A stretch of 64,000 nucleotides of DNA from Geosiphon pyriformis uo1 (Eukaryota > Fungi > Glomeromycota), in the NCBI GenBank assembly GCA_016748015.1, contig JAAOMT010000602.1, positions 124,001-188,000 on the forward strand, written 5' to 3'. Each line of letters opens with the position of its first letter. The first letter of the stretch is position 1. Of the stretch, positions 26,754 to 39,466 are shown one piece after another. A program made the position numbers and the translations under genes. Below the pieces are notes generated by a model. The model was not told the origin of the DNA. It was given only the letters and a program-made list of their open reading frames with translations, and made no database searches.

Positions 26754-28142
26754 AGAAAATAGTAACCAATATTTTTTATTGTTGACATAATTTTAAATTT
26801 TAATAAAAATATATTCAAAAATATTAAATTAATTTTCATATTATGCATATATTTTTTAATTAATCGAAATGCAATATTTTTATAAAGAATTAAAGATTAT
26901 AATAACAAAAGTTTTTCAATATATATATATAATTAAATTGATTTGGTTTAAAATAATAAAAGATTGATTGGTTGAAAATAAATAAATAAAATAAAAAAAT
27001 TTTAAAAAATAGATATATTGACTTTTCATAATATAAAATTAGTTAAATAATTTAATTTTTTTTTAAAAAAAATATTCAATTATTTTTAATATATTAAAAC
27101 ATGATTAATCATTCATTAGTTTTCTTTAAAATGAAAAAAAAAATGAAAAAATTTTAAAAAATTAAGACATGATCAGATTTGCTTGATTATTTAATTCATT
27201 AAATTTTTATGATTTTTGCGTAAACATCAAATTAATTATGTTAATTTCTTTATTATCTTTATACTCCTTTGTCATTTTTTATTAAAGTAAAGAAAAGACA
27301 TCTTTTGGTTTAATATTCGTATTTATCCTATCAAAAAATATATATTTATATACGAAAAGAACTAACAAGATTAAACTAACAAAGTATAGGTGAATTCTGC
27401 ATAAGATTATTTTTCTATTACCTATTTTTGACATTTTATACAAGAGTCAAAATATTTGTAACATTAATGTTTCATCAACAAACAGAAATAAATACGGCAA
27501 TAATTATAATTAATAAAAAATTATATTATTAAAGATACAATCAAATGAAACTAATTAATTCATTCAATAAAGATGGTCAGCCGAAATCCGAGATTGGTTT
27601 TCGATTATGACAATTGTGTTTATATGAAAATTTTATTTTTTACCATTAAGCAAACATGTTACAATTTTAGTCATAAAAAACTTATTAAAAAAATAATTTT
27701 TTCAAAGACAAATCATTAAAATCAATATCTACTGATAACTGTTTAAATTGTACATTTTCATATTGATATTTAGATAGGAAACTGAGAAACATCTTTTCTT
27801 GCTCCCACTAAAAAATCAAAAGTGCTTTTTTTTTAAGATAAAATATGATTCTTATTGATAAGAGAGCATGACTTTACTTTATGCTTAGAGAAATATAATT
27901 TTCATTTTATGATTGAAGTTTCGGATTAAGTACTTCATAAAATTTTATATTAAATAAAAATTTTGGTGCCAAATTAATTATTTTCCATTTAAATAAAAGT
28001 TTTATAGGGAAGAGGGATAACAAAAATTTTTGAAATTAATTAAAATTTCCCGGTTTAGAAAATATCTGCCTTTTTAATAACGTTCCCAAAGATTATTAAT
28101 TTTATTTGGGAAAACATTTTCCGCGTCATGTTTCATTGAACT

Positions 28143-28151
28143 AATAATAAC

Positions 28152-28199
<48 letters not shown>
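28143..28199. repeat. (AAT)n microsatellite
   Basis: Near-perfect AAT run. Confidence 0.95.
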
Positions 28200-28689
28200 T
28201 CTATCACCCCATTGACGATTGACCCATACTTGTTAAAAGAAACATGAATTTTTCTAAAATTAAAAACTATTTTCCCAGGTAAAAGCATAAGCATTTGATT
28301 TCATTGTCATTCATAATGGTTCAAATTTTTAGTAATTTAACCCTTTTTCAAGGCCTTTGCACCTATAAATAGCAAAATTATTATTATTATTATTATTGTA
28401 GACATCGGGAATACAATCACTCTTTTAAACGGTGATTAGGGTATGATTCGCTATTTTCCGACTTGTTCTGCTGTTTGAAGATCTCTTGGTAAATAGAGAT
28501 ACACAATGTATAATACGTGCGTTGCATAATCATAGAAGCGTGTGTGGTAGGCATTTAAAAAGCTCGGAGATGCAACAGCATATTTTTTTATTTAAGTCTT
28601 TCAGATTCTAAAAATATTCCAACTTTTAAATTTTGAAATAAAACCTTAAATTTTTCAAGCTCGTTATTAAAATTGTTCACAATTCAAAC

Positions 28690-30000
28690 ATGTGCCCATT
28701 CATTTGCCGACAAGATCCAATGGAAAGCCTCAAAGAAACTGACTTGACCGATAAAGTTATCATAATAACAGGAGCCAGTGATGGTATTAATCAGCTCAAA
28801 AAGGCTTCTTTACTCATTTCAAAGTACCCAAACTTCCATTCTTATATTTTCTATCTAATAAGGCATCGGAAAAACCTTAGCAAGATACATATCAACCTAC
28901 AATCCCAAACGACTCATACTTCCAGTTCGAGATCGAGCAAAGGGTGAACTCGCATTAGAATATATCACCCGAAAAACTGGAACAGAAATTGCAGAGTGCT
29001 GGGATATGGATTTAGCAGATTTAGAAAGCGTGAGAAAATTTGCAAGGAAAATTGTTGATGAGATTGGAGAGGTACATGTGTTGATAAATAATGCTGGTGA
29101 GTTTAACCTTAAAATTTTGTTAAAAATATATATAATTTGATTATGAGATTCAAAATTTATTGAAAATGAAAATTTTCTCAAACTTATCTTCCAAAGGATT
29201 TGCATCGGATGAGATTATAAAAACAAAAGATGAGTTTGAAACTCATTTCCAGGTAGAGAATCTAAATTTAAATATTTCTTGATTCTCAAAATTATCTTCA
29301 ATATTCTGATAATTTTTTTTTAAGGTCAACTATCTCAGTCACTTTCTCCTCACAAACCTCCTGCTACATACAATGAAAAAAGCCGGAACTCCACAATTTC
29401 CTTCTCGCATTATTCATATTACTTCAAGTCTACATCGATTTGGACATATTGACTTTGATAATTTACAAGCGAACACCACGAATTCAATTTTCGAAATGTA
29501 TTGTAATACAAAACTGATGGTATGGTGGTAAATTACTTTCAATAGAGACCTGCATTCGATTTGATATGATTTTGACTGATTTTCTTTTGAAATAGGTTAC
29601 ATTGTTTAGCAAAGAACTTAATTGTCGGTTAGCTGGAACAAGTATGAAAAAATTGTAATTGCCCACATTTCAAATATTTTTAACATAATACATTTTATTA
29701 AGATCTTTTTGTTTTTTTTTAGACTTAGTTTCTTTTGCAATCTGCCCAGGTTTCACCCCAACCAAAATGGGTCACTTCAAAGGTTGGAAGAAAATGATTA
29801 AAAAAATGATGTCTAAATTTGGCTATAATCGAATTGCAGCATTTCGAGTTTTGAATCCTACTTTCAATTCCCCGGATTTACGAAGAGTTGGAGGAAAGTA
29901 TTTTAGCAAGGGAAGACTGGCAAAACCAAATAAGATTTCTGATGATTTTGAATTTCGATTGGAACTTTGGGAAGTTTCTGAACGAATGTTGATTGCTTGA
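28690..30000 (+). CDS. Short-chain dehydrogenase/reductase (retinol dehydrogenase/WWOX-like), 6 exons, ~300 aa
   Basis: Exons 28690-28783, 28863-29096, 29197-29252, 29325-29519, 29596-29641 and 29723-30000 (903 nt, in frame). Motifs TGASDGIG, DLADLESVR, INNAG, FQVNYLSHFLLT, catalytic YCNTK, CPG. Confidence 0.92.
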
Positions 30001-31584
30001 AGAATCAATTTTTGGCCTGATTTGAAAACTTGTCAACTTTTGTTGAATTAGCGTTTAGAAATGATTGTCTTGAAAATAATAATGTAAATATAATTGTAGA
30101 ATAACTAAAAACATTAGATTCTATAGATTAGTTTTTTTATAGAACTTGTAACGCGATTTAAAAAGCTAAAAATTTCCAAATTCTAAGATTCTTTACAGAA
30201 CTTTTTTAATTTTGTTCTTGAGGTAGCTACATTAATTGAATTAGGAGAAAAGCTAAAGGATCCAATAATTTAGGTATACCTTTTACAGAAGTAGTAGTTA
30301 GCAAATTATTTCTGACGCTAAAGATTAACCTCATTGCTAAAGGACTAGTGATTTGGATTTTAACTTCTAGTCTCCAAGTCTATAAAGGAAAGGTTAGCAA
30401 GCATTGAAAAGCATACGTGTACAATTCTATATTCTCATGGAAAAATTATAAAACAAAAAGACCGATATTGTATGACAATCGATAATGGAATCTCTTTCCC
30501 CCCCCCCCCAAATCTAACATGTGATAATGTGGCCATTTCTGACTATTCTTAGCAAAGTGAGAAAAAGAGTTAAATCCCTTTGATTTAAAACACCCGTTCT
30601 AAAGTTTGAAGAGTCTCTATCATGATTGCTCTAACCTAAAATTTAGTGACAAGTTTTAAGCTACTGCCTCAAAAGTGATCGTTTCCTCGAAAGGGGCTAC
30701 CAGCGAGATTAAATTCTGATTTATAACGTTTATGAAAACTCCCATGCCGCATTTTTTTTTGAGATAAGTTTTTCCATGACAAAAGTTATTTCAATCAGCA
30801 TTACACAACAGTTTCATTATGTGCATGCAAACAAACCAGATAAATGACCTTTAAATAATGAGGTTTAATTTTAATTAATTAACCTTTGAAAGGATATGAG
30901 TTGCTGTGAAACCTTTTACATTTACATTAGCAAATGATTATCTCTGAGTAATTGAAAATTAACGTTTTAGGCTCGTTTGAATGGAAATATTTGAGTAAAT
31001 AACCAAATATATGAAGTAATATTTATTTAAGTATATATTACTAGTATTTACCGAATTCAAAGGGTAATTTTTGTATCTTTGTGTTTTTTAATTTTATGAT
31101 GCAATGAAATTTATAGTCTTTAAATTCCCCCAAACTTCAGAATGTAAAAGATTAAAATAAAACTGTTTGTTTATTTCTTGATCTATGACCAATCATGGAA
31201 ATATTTTTTGATTAAATTTAGCCTTAACCTAATTCAGATATACTATTGAAATTTTGTATAATATACCTTATTTAGAATATATTCAAATATTTGTCCTTTA
31301 CCTTCAAAATTTTTGGTTACGACGAAAGTAATCAATGTTATCGAGTAACAGCAATACCTTATTTTTCCTTGATAAGAGATACTCAGATGACAAATGTTCA
31401 AACCACTTTTTAGTCTCTAACCTTGTCCAAAAGTACCAATAATGATCGGAAATCTTGAAAGTTAAGCTTCCATGAATTTCTCTGCTTGCGTAACTGAGGA
31501 GATGTGCGTGGCCCGATCTTTATTCGATTATTAATCAGGTATCAATAAGAAACTAACACAATCAGCCTTATACAAGACTAACTG

Positions 31585-31616
31585 TTAATGGTAACTTGTA
31601 AACAAGTTACCATTAA
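31585..31616. promoter_or_regulatory. Perfect 15-bp-arm palindrome upstream of the secreted-protein gene
   Basis: ttaatggtaacttgt-aa-acaagttaccattaa, ~250 bp before the ATG at 31863, with a TATA-like cataaata at ~31797. The palindrome is certain; a regulatory role is inferred. Confidence 0.45.
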
Positions 31617-31862
31617 GTGACGATAATTCAAATCTCGACTGCAAAAGTACCGATTTATCTAGTGTTGGCGTGGGAATATTAAGTGAAATCTTGGCTGGCC
31701 GTAATTTACCCTTTGGGTCTCAAAATGTTTTGCTGTAAACAGTGCACAATGGAAGCGTAGTTTTTTTTTAACTTACTTCGTGGAGGAACTTGGATTCATA
31801 AATACAGCAGGTCGACAACTTAGTCAACTAGGAAAAAACCATTTCAACCTCTGTTTATCAAT

Positions 31863-32687
31863 ATGGCTCGTAGCAATATTTTTCTATTGACTCTCTTCAC
31901 CGCCATCTTGGCTGTTCTCTTCACGTCTACCCGAGCTTTGCCTCACTATACCAATCTTTCAAATTTATTTTCTGGGAAAAAGCCATCCGCCAAAGTATTT
32001 CTTGAAGCTCTCTCTGTTCACTTGGGCGATAATTCAGCTTCAATCAATGTTAATAATCACGAGAGCCTTTGGGAAAAATTTATCGACAGCTTGAATGATT
32101 CCCCAGTTGATATTCTAGTTGAAGATAAAAAGGTAAAGAGAGAATACGAAATTGAAGCGCTGCCATCCAAAAAACACTACAAAATCACTGTTGAGCGTCT
32201 AGAGGATAAAGAATATGGTCGAGCCTACCAACTCACCACTGAACACCTTAATAGTGATCATAAACCGTGGTCCTATGTAATTGTTGTCCCGTTTGAAAAA
32301 GATGGGGGCGAAGCTGCCGAATTTTTCGATCTTCTTTCCGATGAACAAAAAGAATCCAAGGAAAATGTCGACTTTGATTTTCCAGAATTGACCAAAGAAA
32401 TTGAGAATAAATTTTTTGAAGCCATTCAAGAATTGGACTTGTTTGAGATTGAAACGGTTTCCAACGAGAAACGAAGCCTCTTTGGTGGGGGCCATCACCA
32501 TAAAAAAGAATTCAGATTTGCCGTTCTGCCTGCTTACAAAATCTATAAGCTTATTGTTCAACGGCTGCCACCCAATATACATGGGCGTGTCTTCAAGCTC
32601 AATGTAATTCCCGAGGATGAAGAAGAAAAAGAGAGAGAATATACATTTATTGTTCCTTTCAACCAAAAGGATTGTGTTAGAGATTAA
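31863..32687 (+). CDS. Secreted protein with internally duplicated unknown domain (274 aa); paralog of 22245-23102
   Basis: Signal peptide MARSNIFLLTLFTAILAVLFTSTRA|LP. Repeats LPSKKHYKITVER..YGRAYQL..YVIVVPF and LPAYKIYKLIVQR..HGRVFKL..YTFIVPF. KR dibasic sites. Confidence 0.88.
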   Translation: MARSNIFLLTLFTAILAVLFTSTRALPHYTNLSNLFSGKKPSAKVFLEALSVHLGDNSASINVNNHESLWEKFIDSLNDSPVDILVEDKKVKREYEIEALPSKKHYKITVERLEDKEYGRAYQLTTEHLNSDHKPWSYVIVVPFEKDGGEAAEFFDLLSDEQKESKENVDFDFPELTKEIENKFFEAIQELDLFEIETVSNEKRSLFGGGHHHKKEFRFAVLPAYKIYKLIVQRLPPNIHGRVFKLNVIPEDEEEKEREYTFIVPFNQKDCVRD

Positions 32688-33266
32688 GTGAAATGATTAT
32701 CGGGTTCATTATAGGGTTTCAATTTGGCTAAAAATAATTAGATGACGAATGTAACTTTTATTAATATATACAAAGAAACCACGAATTTTGAAATTGTATT
32801 TTTTTATCAATAGACCGGATTAAAGAATTCCTCTGATCTTTGCTTTCATCCTATCAAATAAAGTGATGAATTTCCCATTTGGGCTGAAACTAAATCGGTC
32901 CGTGATCTCAAAAAAGGCCTTCACATATCATTAAAGGTCTTGGTTTACCTTATAGTAAATTATTCTTTCAAAAATTAAAAGAATGTTGTACTTTCGCCCA
33001 ACCCTATAAAATTTATTTCGGGTTACCTTCTTCAGCTTGCATATCAATAAGGTTCTTAAAAAATAAAAGTTCAATTGCAGAATGATAAAAAAATCAAATT
33101 TTCTTTAATTTGATATAATGTTTGCACAAAAAACCAAAGGATAATCTGATTATAAAGTGATGGCTTTAGAACTTGACCTTAATTTAAAACTCAATTTTTA
33201 AAAACAACGAATAACAGTACTTCGAATAATACATATTGCAGGAATTAGCAAGTTCGTTTTCAAAAA

Positions 33267-34712
33267 CTATAACGGTCTTCTTGTAAAATTCTTCAAACGA
33301 AATCTACCGAATTGTGTGAGCGATGCTGCCATATACACTTCAGCAGGCAATTCAGAAAAGCTTTGTAGAGCCAAGACATTATTTATTGAAAAGTGACACA
33401 CCCTGGCCTTCATATTAAGATAAAATGTAATCTCGTCACCCTTGGCGAATTCTTTATAGGTTTCGCTACTTATTTTTCCATTGTTGAATGTGGTTCTTCC
33501 TGACTCTCCTATCATCCAACAATTTTTTTGAAAATCCAATAAAGTTTCAAAATCCAAATTTTCAAGTCCACAAACACCAACGGAACCCCAAAAGCATTTT
33601 TCTTCGATTAAAACATTCCATTCATAGAGATAGTCTCCCGAAAAGAAATTAATTGTACGGATAGATTTATGGGCAGATATGCTGAGGTTTTTAGCTGTTA
33701 CAACCTTATTTGACTCTGTTATGGAAAGGCCAGCTCCACACGCTGTAGTATCCCAGATAAAATTCAAAGTTTCGTGAGGCTCACCACGTTGAAATTTGGG
33801 GTTACTCTCATCAAGCAAATGATATTGATAAACTTTCAGAAGAAAATTCACAGGAAGAACGTTCAGTGGTTGAATTATCACACCCAAAGCTTTTAAAGGT
33901 ATCATTCGAAAGTCAATCAAATAAATCAAAGGAAGAATTATTTTGGCTACTTTGGTTGCATTTTGTTGCGTCCGAGATTCATTTTGATAGTCAATTTGTT
34001 GCATTTTGGGAAGACTTTTTAAAAAATCTATGGATGAATCAAACGTAGGTAAAACCTTTGAAAATGCAGATAAAGTTTCTTCCGATATTTGATTTGCTGC
34101 CCACAAGATTATATAGCGTAGAATATCATACTCATTCGTAGCAAAGTATTGGTCGGTATTCAAAGTTGTAGTGAGAATTTTTTTTAACATCTCGAGATTC
34201 ATTTTATTGAATGGGAACGAATCAAGGGGTTTAGCGACAAGATGATTGCTAAGTAATGTATACAGCTGATTATCTTCCATTGTTCCCATTTTTGTGATTG
34301 CATTTGACAAAAAATCCCCGCTGGAGTCATTTTTCAAGCATTCCTCGACAAATGTAATAATAAGAGCTTCTAAATCTGGTAAAAGAAAATACTTGGCAGC
34401 ATGATAACCATCAATTGCAGTAGACGCTGTAATTGAACCTTTATCCAAACCACCCGTGTAAATAAATTCGAGGACAAGTTTCATACCCGCAGTAGAAATT
34501 TCAGGAAAAGTGATGGAATTGCCAAAAATCTCGTGCATTCCATTGAAAAGAAGTCTATCAAAAACTTCAGAACGAGCCGCCAAATGAATCCTAGATGCAT
34601 ACAGAAGTTCGCCCTCATTATCAACATCAGAGCATTTAATTTTAAGGTCACTATAACGAGAGTTGTTAACGAGAAATTTCAGGTCGACGACGAGCGAACT
34701 ACCACGGGTCAT
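33267..34712 (-). CDS. BTB/POZ + helical (BACK-like) + SPRY/ConA-like domain protein, 481 aa
   Basis: DLKFLVNNSRYSDLKIKC, LAARSEVFDRLLFNGM, VLEFIYTG (BTB). C-terminal FIWD..CG.GL, YEWNVLIE, GDEITFYLNM, LPAEVYMAASL (SPRY). Confidence 0.92.
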   Translation of the reverse strand: MTRGSSLVVDLKFLVNNSRYSDLKIKCSDVDNEGELLYASRIHLAARSEVFDRLLFNGMHEIFGNSITFPEISTAGMKLVLEFIYTGGLDKGSITASTAIDGYHAAKYFLLPDLEALIITFVEECLKNDSSGDFLSNAITKMGTMEDNQLYTLLSNHLVAKPLDSFPFNKMNLEMLKKILTTTLNTDQYFATNEYDILRYIILWAANQISEETLSAFSKVLPTFDSSIDFLKSLPKMQQIDYQNESRTQQNATKVAKIILPLIYLIDFRMIPLKALGVIIQPLNVLPVNFLLKVYQYHLLDESNPKFQRGEPHETLNFIWDTTACGAGLSITESNKVVTAKNLSISAHKSIRTINFFSGDYLYEWNVLIEEKCFWGSVGVCGLENLDFETLLDFQKNCWMIGESGRTTFNNGKISSETYKEFAKGDEITFYLNMKARVCHFSINNVLALQSFSELPAEVYMAASLTQFGRFRLKNFTRRPL

Positions 34713-34865
34713 ATTCGATGTGAAAAGTTTAAGGGAAACCTATTGTTAATAAAAAACCATGAGAGGGCAGATATATACCTTATCCGATCAGCCTTTTTTG
34801 GATGCGCAGGCAAATCACGCGACGAATTCTTAATTATAATATTGGGGTAACTGAACAATCTAATG

Positions 34866-35759
34866 CACTAGACGGAAAAAAGTCATGAGACACTTTACAT
34901 TTTGTTATTTTGTGTCACAAAAAAATGATAAAATTTTATTTATAAATATAATTATCTATTATAATAGATTTTCAAATGTCCAAATTTAAACGAAAAGAAT
35001 TGATTACTTTTAGGCATATAAAGATTATTACTCTCTCAAAAGATGAAAAACCTGTATGTAAATATCAACGCAACTCAATTATCCTAAACCAATATACTTT
35101 CTTATTAAAAAAAAACTAATAATATTTAATCTGAAAAGTGGTATATCTTCTTTTATAAAACCATTTTCAAAAAATAATAAAAATGATCCAAAAAGTACTT
35201 TTAAAGAATTTATTAAAACTAAACTAGCACTTTTTTACACAAGATTGGAAAAAGTTATTAAAATGATGAATTAAGATTTTTTTTTTTTTTTTTGATAAAC
35301 TTCAAAGAATATGGAACAAGATTTAATAAGAAAAATTTAGTATCTACTGTAAAACATGGGTAAAAAAAGAATTATAATATGGAAATGTTTTTGTAAAACT
35401 GTATTGAGTTCTTTAGTTTTAATAGAAGGAATATTAAATCAGTTTGGATATATTAATCTATATATTGTCATGAATTCAATACAAATTTAATCATTAACAT
35501 TATTTTTTTCAACAAGATTTCTAAACTTGAATGACTCAAAACCATTTTCTTAAATGGCCAGCACAATCATCTAATCTTAAGTCCAAGAAGAATGAAAAAT
35601 AATTATACTGGATATCTACACAAAATTAATTAGCAGTATGATTGAACGTATTAAAGAATGTATTGAAAAGAAAAAAGGGCCAACTGATTATTAAATATTA
35701 ACTAAAATAGAAAGTTATCCAAGAATTGATAAAGTGTCCTATGACTTTTCTGCCTAGTG
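34866..35759 (+). mobile_element. Tc1-like DNA transposon relic with ~30-bp TIRs
   Basis: Left end CACTAGACGGAAAAAAGTCATGAGACACTTT; right end (reverse complement) CACTAGGCAGAAAAGTCATAGGACACTTT followed by TA. Internal remnants KHG..IIIWKCF, WPAQSSNL, LISSMIERIKECI..GPTDY*. Confidence 0.88.
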
Positions 35760-37498
35760 TATATGTTTTAATGTATTTTTATACTTAATTATTTAATCTT
35801 GTTTTTTTAATCGAAAATATGATTTATATTGTAAAAATGAGACGAGAGTATTAGAATTTACATTTAGAATAAACACATTTTCCAACTATTAGATCTTGCA
35901 AATGTTGTTTAATATTGAAAACCAATTTAAAAATTATATAAATTTTAAATAAAAATTATACTTTAAAGTTTCAAATTTGAATTATTACATTTAGGAATTT
36001 AAGGTATAAAAATTCATGATTATAAAAGTAATTAATAATGCTTTTCAATTAAGAAATATTCAAAGCACCAATTTTAAGATTAATTTTTAATGCTAAGATG
36101 TATAATGGAAACGAGATATGTTTGATTTTAATGTTTACATTTTTGAGGCGGACGATTTTTAATTTAATTAGGACCCAATTTTCAATGTTACGAGTGATGG
36201 TTTTAAACATGTAATTTTCACTCTATTGCCAGTTTTAACTGTTCATAATAAGAATTTGGTGCATTTGGATTAATGTAAGTTTAAAATGGCCATCAATTGT
36301 TTGAAACGTTTTCAAAGCAAAACTCTTTTGAGAAGAATGAAACACAAGTTTTTAAAAAAGCACTTCTAGTTATTATGGATAATGAAAATATTCCACAAAT
36401 GCAAAATAAGCTAAAGCGGGATAAAGTGATGAAAAAACTAAGTTGGTTGTACGAGTAAAATTTTTTCAAAACCTCAAAACGAGCAATAATATTTTTTTAG
36501 ACGACAAAAAACTTGTCTTCCTTAAATTTTAAAATGAATCCAAAGACTGTTTTATTTTATGTAATGTTTGAAGGACTTGGACGAATTAATCCTTAATAAC
36601 TTGCAGAAAAAATTCAAATTTCTAATATTTCAAAATAACCATTTTAATCATTCACATACCACCACCAACTCTTTGAATATTTTAGTCCTGAATTTAATTG
36701 AAGGATATACTTGGAAGATTTTAATTTGAAATTAAAAAAAAAAGACTGCTTCAATTCCTTATTTATCATGGGTAATACATTAAAATTCCACTTACAGCAT
36801 TTATCGTAAGTTAGTTGGGAAAAGGAATTTAAAATGTTGAAATTTAATAAAACCATCACCATTTTTGCAATATTTAACAATAAAATTATTTTTGGCAAGA
36901 GTGGGGGTAATAAACAAGGATTTCGTGTTCTAGCAAAAAAAAAAATCACTTTTTCTTAATCTCGAGTTTTGGTCCATAAATCACTTTAGAAGTAACCCTG
37001 ACCGATTAGTTTATATTCATTTCATATATATTCATTTCATGGGAGTGTTGCCCAACATAAAATATATCGAATTTTCGGAACATCAAAGAATTCTTTTGAA
37101 GAATGTTAAGAGAAATTTCGAAGTTGTAAACCAATTTCTTATATCGCATATGTCGCTGCTCTCTTCCCAATAATGGACGAATAGTTTGAGTGCAAAGTAA
37201 TTCGCAAATGAAAATGCACACCATTTGGCATTCAGCAGGTAAAGAATATGATTGCTAGGTCACATTCGTACCGGGTAGCACTACATACTACAGATGTGTC
37301 TAAATGATCAATTTAGGCGAACCAGAACTAATAAAATGCAAATATATAGTCCCAATTTCAGATTTACTATTAAAAGTTAGGAAAATTAATTCTAAATACC
37401 ATGCCCTTTGGCCGTCTTAACAAATTTCTAGACAGTTTTTTGACTTAATTCTATATATTTCCTGAAATTATTTTCCAAAAAGCAGACCGATCAAGAGA

Positions 37499-38873
37499 AT
37501 GGGGATAGCATTAAAAAGGCCAGAAATTGTTTCCATTGGATCAATTACAGCCAATTATTGCCCTACTCTTACCCCCGAAACTAGATATCGATTTTTTAAA
37601 AATTGTGTTCGATGTAAACAGCCAAATTCTTCCTATGGTTGGTGTCAATCTTGTGAATCTGCCAATTTTCGTAAAAATTTTTCTTCATGGACCAGTGGCA
37701 ACAATGAACTCGATCAATTAATTCGAAAATCACAAAGGAAAGCTATTACACCCAATGATTGTTTAGAATGGATACCTTTCAAACATCTTGAAAAAATTGA
37801 ATTGATTGCCTTTGGTGGATTTGGTGAGGTATCAAGAGCAATATGGGTTGAAGGACCAAGATTTAAATGGGATGAAAGATTGAAGCAAAGAATCAGAATC
37901 GGGCCGATAGAAGTTGCATTAAAGGAATTTTATAACTCAGAATATGTCAATGAAGAATTTCTTGATGATGTATGTCTTTGTTATTTTTGTTAACTGATTA
38001 TTTAATGAAATATCTATATTTAAATGACACGCTCAGAGTAAAAAATTTTCCCTTTAGTGGTATCTTGAGGATTCTAAACTATTTCAGAGAAGTAATATTC
38101 GGGGACATACTTCATCATGCTATGGAATATCCCAGAACCCAAATACCAAAAATTTCATTCTTGTAATGGAGGCTGGCTTGCCGTTCCATGAAAATTGCGT
38201 GAAAATAGCTCATGAAATTAGCTGGATGAAGAAACTTGAAATTCTGTATGAAATCGTGATTGCGTTATCAGCCCTTCATAGCGCAGGATTAATTCACGGC
38301 AATCTACACGAAGGAAACATACTTTTTAATCTAAAACATCCCAGTTATTTGTATTTAAATGATATTGGCTGTTTCTATCCTGTCAATGAATCTCAAAACG
38401 CAGGGCAAAATTTATTATACGGCGTTTTGCCATATCTTGCACCAGAACTTTTAATAGGAGGAACTAGATCTGCTGCAACCGATATTTACAGTTTTGGGAT
38501 GATTATGTATAGCGTAGCAACCGGAAAAAGGCCATTTTTCAATTGTACCCACGATGAAAAATTAGCCTCGAAGATTTGTCGCGGCACACGTCCTAAAGTT
38601 TCGAAGGATATTCCCGAGAGTTACGCGATGCTAATGAAACGTTGCCTTGATGAGGATTACAGAATTCGTCAAAAGGCATCAATAATCGCCGATATTATTG
38701 AAGATTGGATGGCACAATTAAAATTTGCAGTAGATGATAGGATTTCTAAAGAATTTAAAGAAGCTGAAGAAATTCGAAAAAAAAGGTTGAAATCAGGGGT
38801 GAAAATAGAAATTAAATCACATTCTGAAGCGGTTTACATTAGTAGACTTCTCGATTTTCCTAAGTTGAGATAA
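37499..38873 (+). CDS. Tyrosine-kinase-like (TKL) protein kinase, probable pseudokinase, 2 exons, ~428 aa
   Basis: Exons 37499-37969 and 38058-38873 join in frame. CxxC/WCxxC, WTSGNNELD, EWIPF, GGFGEV, VALK, CYGISQNP, IHGNLHEGNIL, DIG, YGVLPYLAPE, DIYSFG. Confidence 0.92.
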
Positions 38874-39431
38874 AAAAAATTACAATCAATTGTGGGTTTC
38901 CTCTTGTAATTTTTTGATAAAGAATCTGTTAAATAGATACTTGATAAAAAATTTTCAAATAAAGTTTTATCTTGAATTTTTTAAAATGTGTGAGAGAATA
39001 TTGAACCATCAATTTTATTAAAGCATTTAATTGAATTAAGTAAGATTGAAATCTTAATATGCTAAAGATGTTGTTATCACAGAGGCTACTTTTTTATTGG
39101 AAATTAGCAACCTATAGCATTTTTGAAGCTTGATTTTTTTAATTTTTAAAGTCATAGTTTTTTCCAAGCACCTGACATACCAGGTTTGTTATACCTGCGA
39201 ATTAAATCCCAGCCAACCAAACAATAATAGCAGGTTTTGTTTTAACAAATTTTTTGCTTAAAAATATTCATGATTGTAAGATAGTCATGATTAAGACGTT
39301 TACAAAGATAATTAGACTTTTTGGGGGACAAAAAATGCTCATTTGATGTAATTCAATTAGAAATGCACTAATATCTTGAACATGTTATTTTACATAATTT
39401 CTCCCTTAAAAAGACTGAGAATGTTCCTTCT

Positions 39432-39466
39432 TTTCAAACAGATAATTTAAAGTTATCTGTTTGAAA
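39432..39466. other. Perfect 14-bp inverted repeat (hairpin)
   Basis: tttcaaacagataa-tttaaag-ttatctgtttgaaa. Confidence 0.6.

Noticed and set aside
32199-32666. Antisense ORF 32199-32666 (also 11402-11587, 34533-34850, 45416-45763, 54997-55218, 55950-56132)
   Set aside because: Opposite-strand shadows of better-supported genes.
36050-36650. IS630-like VIMDN motif
   Set aside because: No other transposase motifs or TIRs found.
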